A stretch of 64,000 nucleotides of DNA, from the NCBI GenBank assembly GCA_963779755.1, contig CAVZZO010000003.1:576001-640000 (forward strand). The letters run 5' to 3'. The notes beneath the pieces were generated by a model. It had not been told where the DNA came from. It saw only the letters and a list, made by a program, of their open reading frames with translations, and searched no databases. The DNA is from an uncultured Gemmatimonadales bacterium. Lineage in GTDB: Bacteria > Gemmatimonadota > Gemmatimonadetes > Gemmatimonadales > GWC2-71-9. Position numbers and translations under genes: made by a program. This document shows, piece by piece, positions 29,391 through 39,496 of the stretch; positions within the stretch are counted from its first letter, which is position 1; the number at the start of each line of letters is the position of its first letter.

Positions 29391-30400
29391 CGGCGGCGGT
29401 TCCACAGGGCCGCGGCGGCCGTTCCGGCCAGCACCGCGCCACCGGCGGCGATGAGCGCCCGATGGGTGTTCATCCACAGTTGGCTGCTGCCCGAGCGGGC
29501 GCGGGCGTCGAAATCGCCGTGGGCGCCGTGGTCCCCCGGCACCGGTTCCCAGAGGTTGTCGGGCCGGTTGGGATCGCGCGGCTGATCGGTCTGCTGTGCC
29601 GAGTAGGCGTTGGAGGCAAGGTAGTGATCGAGCAGACCCGGGGCCACCTTGTTGCCCTGGATCGCCCGGACGGTGGGCCAGCCCACCTCCAGCTCACGGC
29701 GGCGGTGATGCGCGGCCCAGTAGATGGCTTCCGCGGCCACCTCCGGCTGGTAGATGGGGGGGACCGGCTGGGCTCTGTTCGGCAGGCGGGAGCGGACCCA
29801 GCCGAACTGGGGTGTGTTGAGCGCCGGCATCTGGACCATGGTGACCCACACGTTGCTGTCCTCATGCAGCAGCTCGCAGCGCAGCGAATCGGTAAAGCCG
29901 CGGATGGCGTGCTTGGCGCCGCAATAAGCCGCCTGGAGCGGGATACTGCGCGCCGCCAGGGCAGACCCCACCTGCACGATGGTTCCGCGGTCGCGCGGCA
30001 GCATCCGCCGCAGCGCGGCCATGGTACCGTACACCACTCCCAGGTAGGTCACCTCGGTCACCCGGCGGAACTCCTCCGGGGCGGTCTCCCGGACCGGGGC
30101 GAAGACCGAGGTCATGGCGTTATTGACCCAGATATCGATAGGTCCGAACGCCTCCTCCACCGCGCCGGCCGCCGTTTCCACTTCGTCGGGATGGGCCACA
30201 TCGGTGGGCAGAACCAGCGCCTCGCCGCCCAGGACCTCGATTTCATACCGGGTCGCCTCCAGGCCCTCTTCGCCGCGGGCCAGCAGGCCGACCCGCGCCC
30301 CGCGCCGCCCGAATTCCCGCGCGGTGGCGCGGCCCACGCCGGCGGAGGCGCCGGTAATGACCACCACCTCGCGCGCGCTGTGACCGTTCTGTGTGCTCAT
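29387..30400 (-). CDS. Short-chain dehydrogenase/reductase
   Basis: TGASAGVG, NNA, YCGAK. Confidence 0.92.
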   Translation of the reverse strand: MSTQNGHSAREVVVITGASAGVGRATAREFGRRGARVGLLARGEEGLEATRYEIEVLGGEALVLPTDVAHPDEVETAAGAVEEAFGPIDIWVNNAMTSVFAPVRETAPEEFRRVTEVTYLGVVYGTMAALRRMLPRDRGTIVQVGSALAARSIPLQAAYCGAKHAIRGFTDSLRCELLHEDSNVWVTMVQMPALNTPQFGWVRSRLPNRAQPVPPIYQPEVAAEAIYWAAHHRRRELEVGWPTVRAIQGNKVAPGLLDHYLASNAYSAQQTDQPRDPNRPDNLWEPVPGDHGAHGDFDARARSGSSQLWMNTHRALIAAGGAVLAGTAAAALWNRRR

Positions 30401-33351
30401 GTATTCACTCTCCTCGGTACGGGCAGCATCTCCCCGGCCCGGTCGGGGTGTTGCGCGGCCCAGAGCACTTCGGCCACGTGCGCGGCTCGCCGTGGCGTGG
30501 TCTCTTCGATCTGGGTGCGGCAACTGAATCCGTTGGCGATGATCAGACTGTCCTCCGGCGCCTGACGCACCGCCGGGAGCAGCACCCGTTCACCGCAGGC
30601 GATCGAGATGTCGTATTTGTCATGTTCAAAACCGAACGCTCCCGCCATCCCGCAGCAGCCGGAATCCAGCACCTGATACTCCAGGCCCAGCCCGCTCAGC
30701 AGCCACTCTTCCGCATCCATCCCCATGACGGACTTGTGATGGCAGTGGCCATGGACCACCGCCCGGCGGTGCAGATGGGGGGGCTCATAGCCCTCCCGCT
30801 GCAGGAACTCGCTCAGCAGAAAGGTCTGGGCCGCCATACGGCACGCGTCCTCGTCGTGGGGCAGCATGGAGGGCAACTCATCCCGGAAGACCGCCACACA
30901 GCTGGGCTCCAGTCCCACAATGGGAGTACCGGCCTCGAGCTCGGGCCGCAGCACGCGCAGCGTTCGTTGCAGCAGGTGCTTCGCCAGTCCGAGGAAGCCG
31001 TAGTCGTAGAGCGGCCGGCCGCAGCAGACCCATTCCCGGGGCACCACCACGTGGTAGCCCGCGGTCTCCAGCGCTTCCACCGCGGCGCGGCCGGTGCGGG
31101 GGTGCCAGCTGTTGTTGAAGGTGTCGGGCCAGAGGATGACCCGCGGCCTCCCCCGGTTGGCAGGCCGGTGGCGGCGGTACCAGCGGCGGAAGGATTCGGT
31201 GGCGAACGGCGGCAACCGGCGCTCGGGCGCCGCGCCGGCCAGCGCCTTGGCCACGCGGCGCAGCCCGGGGGTCTGGGTGAAGAAGTTGGCCAGGCGGGGC
31301 AGCGCGCTCCCCAGCCGGGCGCCCCAGGGGATGAGGCCGAAGGCGTAGGCATGCCGGGGGCGCAACCGCCCTTCCCAGTAATGGGCCATGAACTCGGCCT
31401 TGTAGGTCGCCATGTCCACGCTCACGGGGCAGTCCGCCTTGCAACCCTTGCAGGCCAGGCAGAGATCCAGCGCTTCCTTCATGTGTTCATCGCGCCAGCC
31501 GCCGCCGATCACTTCGCCCTGCAACATCTCGAAGAGCAGGCGGGCACGGCCCCGGGTGGAATGCATCTCCTCGTGGGTCACCATGTAGCTGGGACACATG
31601 GTCCCACCGCCTTCCCGGCGGCACTTTCCCACGCCGACGCAGCGCAGCGCGGCGCGGCTGAAGCTTCCCTGATCCTGGGGATACTGGAACCAGGTGTCGG
31701 GCTCGGGCGGATTGTACGCGGTGCCCAGGCGCAGGTGCGCATCGGAGGGATCGGCATCGATCACCTTGCCGGGGTTCATGCGCCAATCGGGGTCCCAGAG
31801 ACTCTTGAATTCGCGGAACGCCTGGCAGAGCTCCTCCCCGAACATCCGGGGCAGCAGATCGCCGCGTGCCTGGCCGTCGCCGTGCTCGCCGGAGAGCGAG
31901 CCGCCGTAGGACACCACCAGATCGGCGGCGCGGCCGATAAACTCGAGGTAGGTGTTGATCCCGTCCCGGGTGTGAAGATCGAACGGGATGCGGCAGTGCA
32001 CGCATCCCTGGCCGAAGTGCCCGTAGAGGGAGACCTCCCAGTCGTACTCGTGGAACAGCCCCCGCAGGTCGCGCAGGTAATCGCCCAGGCGCTCGGGCGG
32101 GACGGCGGAATCCTCCCAGCCGGGCCAGGTATCGTGCTTGCCCGGCACCCACGCGGTGGCGCCGAGCCCGGACTCGCGGATGGCCCAGACCTTTTCCTCC
32201 TCTTCCCGGTCTTCGAACAGCTTGGCGCTGGGGCCGCCGGGACCGCTCACGGCGTCGATCATGCGCCGGGCATGGCTGTCGGCTTCCTCCTCGCTCTCGC
32301 CGCCGAACTCGGCCAGCAGCCAGCCGTGGCCCTCCGGCAGGAGCGAGATATCGCTGACATTGACGCCCTTCTTTTCCATGTAGCCGATCAGTGCGGCATC
32401 GATGCCCTCGAGCCCGATGGGCCCGAATTCCATGATCCGGCAGGCGGCATCGCCGGCGGCCGCGATATCGGGATACCCCAGCACCACCAGGGTGCGGCAG
32501 GGGGGACTGGGAACCAGGCGGACCTCGGCCTCCAGCACGGTGACGCAGGTACTCTCGCTGCCGACCAGCGCCCGGGCCACGTGGAAGCCGTTCTCCGGCA
32601 GCAGCTGGTCCAGGTTATAGCCCGAGACCCGGCGCGGGATGTCGGGGTACCGCTCCCGGATGAGCGGGGCATAGCGGTCGCGCAGGGCCCGCAGGCCGGC
32701 GTAGATCTGGCCGCGCCGGCCGCCCCCGGCGATGATCCGCTCCAGCTCCTCCTCGCCGGTCGGGCCCACCCACATGCGCAGTCCGTCGTAGGTCAGGATC
32801 TCCAGGCTCTCGACGTTGTCCACCGTCTTGCCGGCCATGACCGAGTGCACGCCGCAGGAGTTGTTGCCGATCATGCCGCCGAGGGTGCAGTGGTTGTGGG
32901 TGGCCGGGTCGGGGCCGAACGTGAGATGATGCCGTTCGGCCTCGTGGCGCAGATGGTCGAGCACCACCCCGGGCTGGATGCGCGCAGTGCGCCCGCCGGG
33001 ATCGATGCCGAGGATGCGGTTCATGTATTTCGAGTAGTCCAGCAACAGCGCATGATTGCAGCACTGGCCGGCCAGGCTGGTGCCGCCGCCGCGGTTGAGC
33101 AGAGGAACGCCGGCCTGCCGCGCCGCCGCCACCGCGATCTCCACGTCCGCGGCATCGCGCGGAAGTACCACCCCGACCGGCGGCTGGCGGTAGTTGGAGG
33201 CATCCGTCGCGTACAGGGCCCGGCTTCCGGCATCGAAGCGCACTTCGCCCCGGACCCTCCGGGCCAGCTCGTTGGCCAGTTCCAGCACGTCCAGCCGTTG
33301 GGTGCGCGGCTCCCGCCGCACACGGGTGGGTTCCGTCAATACCGTCGCCAT
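30397..33351 (-). CDS. FAD-binding and Fe-S-binding oxidoreductase (GlcD/GlcF-like fusion)
   Basis: RGGGTSLAG, SGEHGDG, CVGVGKC, CLACKGC...CP, CCG domains. Confidence 0.92.
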   Translation of the reverse strand: MATVLTEPTRVRREPRTQRLDVLELANELARRVRGEVRFDAGSRALYATDASNYRQPPVGVVLPRDAADVEIAVAAARQAGVPLLNRGGGTSLAGQCCNHALLLDYSKYMNRILGIDPGGRTARIQPGVVLDHLRHEAERHHLTFGPDPATHNHCTLGGMIGNNSCGVHSVMAGKTVDNVESLEILTYDGLRMWVGPTGEEELERIIAGGGRRGQIYAGLRALRDRYAPLIRERYPDIPRRVSGYNLDQLLPENGFHVARALVGSESTCVTVLEAEVRLVPSPPCRTLVVLGYPDIAAAGDAACRIMEFGPIGLEGIDAALIGYMEKKGVNVSDISLLPEGHGWLLAEFGGESEEEADSHARRMIDAVSGPGGPSAKLFEDREEEEKVWAIRESGLGATAWVPGKHDTWPGWEDSAVPPERLGDYLRDLRGLFHEYDWEVSLYGHFGQGCVHCRIPFDLHTRDGINTYLEFIGRAADLVVSYGGSLSGEHGDGQARGDLLPRMFGEELCQAFREFKSLWDPDWRMNPGKVIDADPSDAHLRLGTAYNPPEPDTWFQYPQDQGSFSRAALRCVGVGKCRREGGGTMCPSYMVTHEEMHSTRGRARLLFEMLQGEVIGGGWRDEHMKEALDLCLACKGCKADCPVSVDMATYKAEFMAHYWEGRLRPRHAYAFGLIPWGARLGSALPRLANFFTQTPGLRRVAKALAGAAPERRLPPFATESFRRWYRRHRPANRGRPRVILWPDTFNNSWHPRTGRAAVEALETAGYHVVVPREWVCCGRPLYDYGFLGLAKHLLQRTLRVLRPELEAGTPIVGLEPSCVAVFRDELPSMLPHDEDACRMAAQTFLLSEFLQREGYEPPHLHRRAVVHGHCHHKSVMGMDAEEWLLSGLGLEYQVLDSGCCGMAGAFGFEHDKYDISIACGERVLLPAVRQAPEDSLIIANGFSCRTQIEETTPRRAAHVAEVLWAAQHPDRAGEMLPVPRRVNT

Positions 33352-33409
33352 ACGCTGTCTCTGTCCCGGGCGGCGGCCGCACGGTCGCCGCCCACCCTGA
33401 TGATTGATC

Positions 33410-34519
33410 TCAGACCGCGAAGCGTTCCGCGTCCGATGCCTTGAATTCGAGCCCGAGCCCCGGGCGCGCGCTGTCCGGGCGCAGGGCACCGTCTACCGGC
33501 TCCACCACGCCGTCGAACAGCATGCGCTCGATCCGGACGTGATCGTAGAACCATTCCATGTGCCGCACCGGGAGCGCCGCGCAGCAGGCGGCGAGGTGCA
33601 GTGCCGGCGCCGTATGCGAGCTCAGGGCCATACCGTGGGCGAGGCAGAGCGCCGCAACCTGCAGAAAGCCGGTGATGCCGCCGCAGCGCGTCGCGTCCGC
33701 CTGCAGCACGTCCACCGCCTGCGCCTCAAGCATGCGGCGGAAATACCAGGTGTCCCAGCCGTACTCGCCCGCGCTGATCTCCATGCCCGCGGGTGAGCGG
33801 TCGCGCAGCAACCGCAGGCCTTCCAGATCGTCGGAGCTGACCGGCTCCTCGAACCAGCTCACGTCCTGCGCGGCAAACTCCTCGGCCAGGCGGAGGGCCT
33901 GCTGCCGGCTGCAGGCGCCGTTGGCGTCCACGAACAGGCCGGTGCCCGAGCCGATGGCGTCACGCGCCAGGGACACGCGGTGGCCGTCGCGCTCCGGCTC
34001 CCGGCCGACTTTCATCTTGACCCAGGACAGTCCCATGGCCGCCCAGTCACCCAGCTGCTCGGCCAATCGCCGGTCGGAGTAGGAGGTGAAGCCTCCGCTG
34101 CCATAGACCGGCACGGTGGACCGGGCCTCGCCCAGGAGGGTGGCCAGCGGGACGTCGAGCAGACGGCCTTTGAGGTCCCACAAGGCGGCATCGACGGCGC
34201 TCACCGCCATCATGCCGAGGCCGGGCCGGCCCTTGTTCCGCAGCGCGTGCACCATGGCAAACCAGAGGGCAGGAATGCGGCTGGCGTCCCGGCCTTTCAG
34301 TACATCGGCCAGGGTGTCGCGGATCAGCACGGCGGCGGCCCGGTCGGCATAGGAGTAGCCCAGGCCGCGCTGTCCGCCGGCTTCGATCTCCACCAGCACC
34401 AGCCCGGTGGAGGACCACTCCAGCGTCCCATCTGATTCGGGGCCGTCGGTCGGCACTTCGTACGCGGAGACGGTGATGGTGTCGACCGGTACATCCAGGC
34501 GCTCGGTGAGGGTGCGCAC
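33410..34519 (-). CDS. Mandelate racemase/muconate lactonizing enzyme family protein
   Basis: DAALWDL, KMKVG, VDANG, WFEEP, AGEYG. Confidence 0.9.
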   Translation of the reverse strand: MRTLTERLDVPVDTITVSAYEVPTDGPESDGTLEWSSTGLVLVEIEAGGQRGLGYSYADRAAAVLIRDTLADVLKGRDASRIPALWFAMVHALRNKGRPGLGMMAVSAVDAALWDLKGRLLDVPLATLLGEARSTVPVYGSGGFTSYSDRRLAEQLGDWAAMGLSWVKMKVGREPERDGHRVSLARDAIGSGTGLFVDANGACSRQQALRLAEEFAAQDVSWFEEPVSSDDLEGLRLLRDRSPAGMEISAGEYGWDTWYFRRMLEAQAVDVLQADATRCGGITGFLQVAALCLAHGMALSSHTAPALHLAACCAALPVRHMEWFYDHVRIERMLFDGVVEPVDGALRPDSARPGLGLEFKASDAERFAV

Positions 34520-34539
34520 GCCCGCTCCGTTCCGCCCGC

Positions 34540-34983
34540 TCAGTGGGGGCCGCCCCGGGTGGGGTGGGCCGGCCGGGATACGGCTCGAATCACCTCCGCG
34601 GAGAGCCTGACGTCGTCGTCGTCCACCGCGAGGTCGGCGAGCGAAACGATCCCCGTCAGCTCCCGCCGGCGGTTGAGCACCGGGAGCCGCCGGATCTGCT
34701 CCTGTTCCATGAGGGCCGCCGCATCGCGGACGTCCTGGTCTTCATAGCAGAACACCACCCGCGGGGTCATGGCCTGCGCCACGGTTGTCTGCCCCGCATC
34801 CCGGCCTTCGGCGGTGGCGCGGGTGACGATGTCGCGATCGGTGAGCATCCCCACCAGAACCCGCCCGTCGCAGACGGGGAGACTCCCGACCCCCAGCTCG
34901 CGCATGGTTCGCGCGGCCTCCGCCAGCGGGGTCCCGGGATCGATTACCTGGACATCACGGGTCATCAGATCGCGCAGCAGCAT
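34540..34983 (-). CDS. CBS-domain pair protein
   Basis: LPVCDG.VLVGMLTDRD, IRRLPVL...GIVSLAD. Confidence 0.9.
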   Translation of the reverse strand: MLLRDLMTRDVQVIDPGTPLAEAARTMRELGVGSLPVCDGRVLVGMLTDRDIVTRATAEGRDAGQTTVAQAMTPRVVFCYEDQDVRDAAALMEQEQIRRLPVLNRRRELTGIVSLADLAVDDDDVRLSAEVIRAVSRPAHPTRGGPH

Positions 34984-35011
34984 CGCCCCGGCCTCGTGGA
35001 AGAGTACGACC

Positions 35012-36760
35012 TCAGACCAGCTCACGGACCTTATCGCTCGCGATGGTGGTCGCGATCTTCATCCGGTCGGGCTCGCCCCGGGCCAGCGCCTTGGCGAAGT
35101 GCAACGCCTGCCTGGCGCTGATCTCGGCCGGCAGCGGCGGCTCGAAGGGATCGACCACGGCCTCGATCACGACCGGTCCCTCCGTATTCAGGGCCTGCTC
35201 CAGCACCGCGCCGCATTCCTTCGGATCTTCGATGTGGAACCCGGTGCCGCCGCAGGCGCGGGCGAAGGCTGCGAAGTCGATGGGCTCCAGTTCCACGCCA
35301 TACTCGGGGTTGCCCAGGAGCACCATCTGCTCCCACTTGATCTGCCCCAGCGTGTTGTTCTTGATGATCACCACCTTGATGGGCAGCTTGTACTTGACCG
35401 CCGTCGCGAATTCCGCCATCAGCATGGAGAAGCCGCCGTCGCCCACGAAGGCCACCACCTGCCGCTCGGGAAAGGCGAGCTGGGCGGCAATGGCGTACGG
35501 CAACCCGTTGGCCATGGTGGCCAGGGTGCCCGACAGGGAGTGCTTCTGGCCCCGCTTGACCGGGATCTGCCGGGCAAACCAGGTGGCGATGGTTCCGCTG
35601 TCACAGGAGACGATCGCATCCGCGCGCAGCCGCTTGCCCAGTTCCCAGGCCACGACCTGCGGCTTCATGGGTGTGTCCTCGCGCGTGCCGCGCTCTTCCA
35701 TCAGCTCCCACCACTTCTTCATGCCCTTCTGCGCGTCTTCCAGGAAGCTGCGATCCTTCTTGTGTTTGAGCCGGGGCACCAGTGCCTGAAGGGTCTGCCG
35801 GCTGTCGCCCACGAGCCCCACCTCGACGGGATAGCGCAGCCCCACCCGGGTGGGATCGACGTCGATCTGCACCCCGCGCGCCTTCCCCGGCTCGGGATAG
35901 AATTCGAGGTAGGGGAAGGACGTCCCCACCAGCAAGATGGTGTCGCAGTTCCTCATGGCCTCCAGACTGGGCTTGGTACCGAGGAGTCCAATCCCCCCCG
36001 TGGTGTAGGGGCTGTCGTCCGGCACGCAGGCCTTGCCCAGCAGGGCTTTCACGATGGGCGCCCCCAGAGCCTCGGCCACCTGTTCCAGCTCGTCGGTGGC
36101 GTCCAGCGCGCCGGCGCCCGCCAGGATGGCCACCTTCTGGCCCGCGTTGAGGATGTCGGCGGCGGCGCTCAGGTCCGGTTCCGGCGGCGTACCGCCATGC
36201 CGGGCAAAGACGTCGTTGGTGTGGTGCTTGAGATTCCGCTTGGAGCGGACTTCCTGCTCCTGCTCCTGGAAGTCGACCGGGAAGCAGATGTGGGCCACGC
36301 CGCGCCGGCTGACCGCGGTGCGGCACGCGATGTTGGCCACGTTCTCGACGTGGGCGGGCCCCATCACCAGCGTGCTGTAGACCGCCACGTCCATGAAGAC
36401 GCGGTCGAGATCCACATCCTGCTGGCTGTGGGTGTCGATCAGATCGTGATAGTGGTGGCCGGTAATAGCCAGGACCGGCTGGGAATCCATTTTGGCGTCG
36501 TACAGGCCGTTGAGCAGGTGGATGCCGCCCGGACCGGAGGTCGCCAGGCAGCAGCCCAGCTTGCCGGTGTACTTGGCGTAGGCGCAGGCCATGAACGCCG
36601 CGGCCTCTTCATGCCGCACCTGCACGAACCGCACCTGGTCCTTGCGGGTCCGTAAGGCCTCCATGATGCCGTTAATGCCGTCTCCGGGAAACCCGAAGAT
36701 CACGTCCACACCCCACTCGTGGATCGTATCGATCAGGATATCGGCCCCTGTCTGCCCCAT
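35012..36760 (-). CDS. Thiamine pyrophosphate-dependent enzyme, pyruvate oxidase-like
   Basis: FGFPGD, RHEEAAAFMA, TSGPG, GDGGF...KNN. Confidence 0.92.
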   Translation of the reverse strand: MGQTGADILIDTIHEWGVDVIFGFPGDGINGIMEALRTRKDQVRFVQVRHEEAAAFMACAYAKYTGKLGCCLATSGPGGIHLLNGLYDAKMDSQPVLAITGHHYHDLIDTHSQQDVDLDRVFMDVAVYSTLVMGPAHVENVANIACRTAVSRRGVAHICFPVDFQEQEQEVRSKRNLKHHTNDVFARHGGTPPEPDLSAAADILNAGQKVAILAGAGALDATDELEQVAEALGAPIVKALLGKACVPDDSPYTTGGIGLLGTKPSLEAMRNCDTILLVGTSFPYLEFYPEPGKARGVQIDVDPTRVGLRYPVEVGLVGDSRQTLQALVPRLKHKKDRSFLEDAQKGMKKWWELMEERGTREDTPMKPQVVAWELGKRLRADAIVSCDSGTIATWFARQIPVKRGQKHSLSGTLATMANGLPYAIAAQLAFPERQVVAFVGDGGFSMLMAEFATAVKYKLPIKVVIIKNNTLGQIKWEQMVLLGNPEYGVELEPIDFAAFARACGGTGFHIEDPKECGAVLEQALNTEGPVVIEAVVDPFEPPLPAEISARQALHFAKALARGEPDRMKIATTIASDKVRELV

Positions 36761-36801
36761 GGTCGCTCCTTATGGCTTGCGTCGGCCGCGCCCGGCTCGC
36801 A

Positions 36802-37182
36802 TCACTCCGGGCCGGCGAAGGCGATAGTGCTCAGCAAAGCATTGTCCGCCTGGCGGGAATCGAGGCGGGTGTGCTGGACCACGATCGGCACGTCCGATTC
36901 GATCACGCTGGCGTAATCGGTGGCGCGCGGCACCGGCTCGGGATCCTTCAGGTCGTTGAAGCGCACATGCCGCGTACGCCGCGGCGGCACCACCACTTGA
37001 TACGGGCCGGCGGGATCGCGGTCGCCGAAGTACAGCGTGATCCGCACGTGCGCTTCCTGGTCGGATGCATTCAACAGGCACGCCGTCTCGTGGCTGGTCA
37101 TCTGCGGCTCCGGACCGTTGCTCCAGTCCGGGATATAGCCTTCAGCAATGGCCCAGCGGCGGCGCCCAATCGGTTGCGTCAT
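36802..37182 (-). CDS. Anabaena sensory rhodopsin transducer (ASRT/DUF1362) family protein
   Basis: GRRRWAIAEGYIP...SHETACLLN...RRTRHVRFNDL...SDVPIVVQHTRLDSRQ. Confidence 0.88.
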   Translation of the reverse strand: MTQPIGRRRWAIAEGYIPDWSNGPEPQMTSHETACLLNASDQEAHVRITLYFGDRDPAGPYQVVVPPRRTRHVRFNDLKDPEPVPRATDYASVIESDVPIVVQHTRLDSRQADNALLSTIAFAGPE

Positions 37183-37312
37183 AACGTATTCCTCCCGGTA
37201 CGCAGGATGTCCCGGCGGCTCACTATCTTGCCGTGCGCTAGCGCACATAGATGCACCAGCGGACGGGCGGAGAAATGACGCGGATGTAAGGAAAAACCAG
37301 CGGCGGGAAGAG

Positions 37313-38008
37313 TCAGCCGGTGCGAGAGCCGGGGCGCCGTTCCACCTTGTCCTGTTGTCCAACCAGGATTCCGGTGGTGTAGCCGAGAAAAAGACCGTGC
37401 CCCAGCACGGCCGGAACGGCATCCAGCGCCCCTGCCAGTGCCGCAGGATCGTCCAGGATACCGAAGTCACAATCGAGGAGATAATTGCCCTGGTCGGTGG
37501 CTACCGGCGTGCCGGACTCCTGTCGCAAGCAGGGACGGCCGCCGAGACCTTCGATGGCGCGCACCGCGGCGGGCCAGCCGAACGGCAGCACCTCGACCGG
37601 CAGCGGCCCGCGCTGCCCCAGCCGTGCGACACACTTCGAGTGGTCCACGATGATCAGGTATTCCCGGCTGGCTGCGGCGACGATCTTCTCCCGGAGCAGG
37701 GCCCCGCCGAGTCCTTTCAGCAGGTCGCCCCGGGCATCCACCTGATCCGCTCCGTCCACCGCAAGATCGAGCACCGGCTCCTGCTCCAGCGTGGTGAGCG
37801 GCAGGCCGACGCCTTCGGCACTGTGCTGGATGGCTCGACTGCTGGGGACGCAGCGCAGGCCATCCAGCTTACCCGCCGCGAAGCGCCGCCCCAGCGCCTG
37901 GACGAAATAGCCGGCTGTGGAACCGCTTCCCAGCCCCAGACACATGCCCGGCTGCACCAGCGAAGCAGCGGCTTCGGCGGCCAGACGTTTTTCGGCGTCG
38001 TGCGGCAC
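37313..38008 (-). CDS. rpiA: Ribose-5-phosphate isomerase A
   Basis: GLGSGSTA, DGADQVD, KGLGGALLREK, PVEV, TDQGN. Confidence 0.93.
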   Translation of the reverse strand: MPHDAEKRLAAEAAASLVQPGMCLGLGSGSTAGYFVQALGRRFAAGKLDGLRCVPSSRAIQHSAEGVGLPLTTLEQEPVLDLAVDGADQVDARGDLLKGLGGALLREKIVAAASREYLIIVDHSKCVARLGQRGPLPVEVLPFGWPAAVRAIEGLGGRPCLRQESGTPVATDQGNYLLDCDFGILDDPAALAGALDAVPAVLGHGLFLGYTTGILVGQQDKVERRPGSRTG

Positions 38009-38159
38009 AGCAAGCTCCTTCTTCGGCGAGCGCGACGGGCAGCACCGCCCGGCGGCGCCTGTGACTCGGGGCACAGTCTCCGCCCCCGGACCCGGCGATG
38101 TTGCCTCGGCCTGCACCATACACCGGTGGTGCGGCCGATCCCAAGCCCGGGAGGGCCCC

Positions 38160-39023
38160 ACGAAAGACAAGCGGCCCCGTGACGCGCAGAAGACGCCGTC
38201 CGGCGGGGGCGACGGCAGCCCCAGGTCGGGGACCCGGCTCACGGCGGCGGAGATCCACGAGAACGTCCGGGTGGCCGCCGAGGAAGAGTTGCGGCGTCCC
38301 GTCTCGGAGCTCGCGTGGTCGGCGGTGGCGGCCGGCCTCACCATCGGGTTCAGCTTTCTGGCGGGCGCCTGGCTGACCACGCTGGTGCCGCCGCCCTGGC
38401 ACCACGCGGTCGCGGCGGCCGCCTACCCGGTGGGATTCATCTTTGTGGTGCTGGCCCGCAACCAGCTCTTTACCGAGAACACGCTGGAACCGGTTATTCC
38501 CCTGCTCAACGACCGGAGCATGGCCAAGCTGCGCCGGGTGCTGCGGCTCTGGGGCATCGTGCTGGCCGGGAATCTGGCGGGAGCGCTGGGGTTCGCCGCG
38601 CTGATCGCGCTCACGCCCATGCTGGGTCCGGAATACCGGCCGGCATTACGCGAGCTCGCCCAGGCCTCGGTGGCGGGCGGCTTCTGGACTGTCGCCTACC
38701 GCGCGATCTTCGCCGGATGGCTGGTGGCGCTGATGGCCTGGCTGGTGGCGTCCACCCGGGAAACGGTCGCCCAGATTCTGCTGGTCTGGCTCACCACCCT
38801 GCCGATCGCGGCCCTGGGCTTCCGGCATTCCATTGCGGGCGCGGTGGAGGCGTTCTACATGGCGTTGTCGGGCGGCAGCGGGTGGGGCGATGTCCTCTGG
38901 CACTTCCTGCTGCCGGCGTTGCTGGGCAACATCGTGGGTGGCGTTACGCTGGTGGCATCGCTCAACTGGGGGCAGGTCAGCATGGCGCGGAACCCCTGGG
39001 CCAGCCGGCGGCGCCGGCGCTGA
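38160..39023 (+). CDS. Formate/nitrite transporter family protein (YfdC-like; start uncertain)
   Basis: EELRRP, YPVGF, QLFTENT, GNLAG, HSIAG, LGNIVGG. Confidence 0.85.
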   Translation, partial: TKDKRPRDAQKTPSGGGDGSPRSGTRLTAAEIHENVRVAAEEELRRPVSELAWSAVAAGLTIGFSFLAGAWLTTLVPPPWHHAVAAAAYPVGFIFVVLARNQLFTENTLEPVIPLLNDRSMAKLRRVLRLWGIVLAGNLAGALGFAALIALTPMLGPEYRPALRELAQASVAGGFWTVAYRAIFAGWLVALMAWLVASTRETVAQILLVWLTTLPIAALGFRHSIAGAVEAFYMALSGGSGWGDVLWHFLLPALLGNIVGGVTLVASLNWGQVSMARNPWASRRRRR

Positions 39024-39028
39024 CGGGC

Positions 39029-39448
39029 CTAGCGCCAGAGCGCCAGCAGCACTCCCATCAACAACAGATAGACCAGTTGAAAGCCCGCATCGATGAGATA
39101 GACGGCGATGGGGCGCTCGCGGCCGAAGAGATGGGAAGTGAGCCCCGTGGTCGCTACGAAGCCGAGCCAGAGCAGAAACCCCAGCCAGAGGCCGGAGAGG
39201 GCCGTGGTGGCGGCGGTGAGCGAAATCAACACGGCGTAGACCAGCGCCATGACCAGATAGCAGAGAAAGCTCAGGAAGTACGCCCGCGCCGCCGTCTTGC
39301 GCATCCGTTCCAGCTCGTCGGGCGTGTAACCGTGCGCCTCCATCCAGGCCTTCCCCAGGACCAGCGGGGAATACCACAGCGCCCCGATGGCGAAGGTGGC
39401 CACCGCGGCCACCAGGACCGCGAGGTAGTTGATCTCGGCTTGAGGCAT
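39029..39448 (-). CDS. DUF1761 family membrane protein
   Basis: INYLAVLVAAV...GALWYSP..GKAW, IDAGF. Confidence 0.85.
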   Translation of the reverse strand: MPQAEINYLAVLVAAVATFAIGALWYSPLVLGKAWMEAHGYTPDELERMRKTAARAYFLSFLCYLVMALVYAVLISLTAATTALSGLWLGFLLWLGFVATTGLTSHLFGRERPIAVYLIDAGFQLVYLLLMGVLLALWR

Positions 39449-39496
39449 GGAGGAAAGAGAAGGGAGAAGCGGGAAAAACGAAAGGGGAACCGCCGG

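Noticed and set aside
30391..33444. Long plus-strand ORFs (also 13166-14752, 18792-20831, 47439-49421, 55956-58514, 61397-63367)
   Set aside because: Antisense shadows of well-supported minus-strand genes, as expected in high-GC DNA
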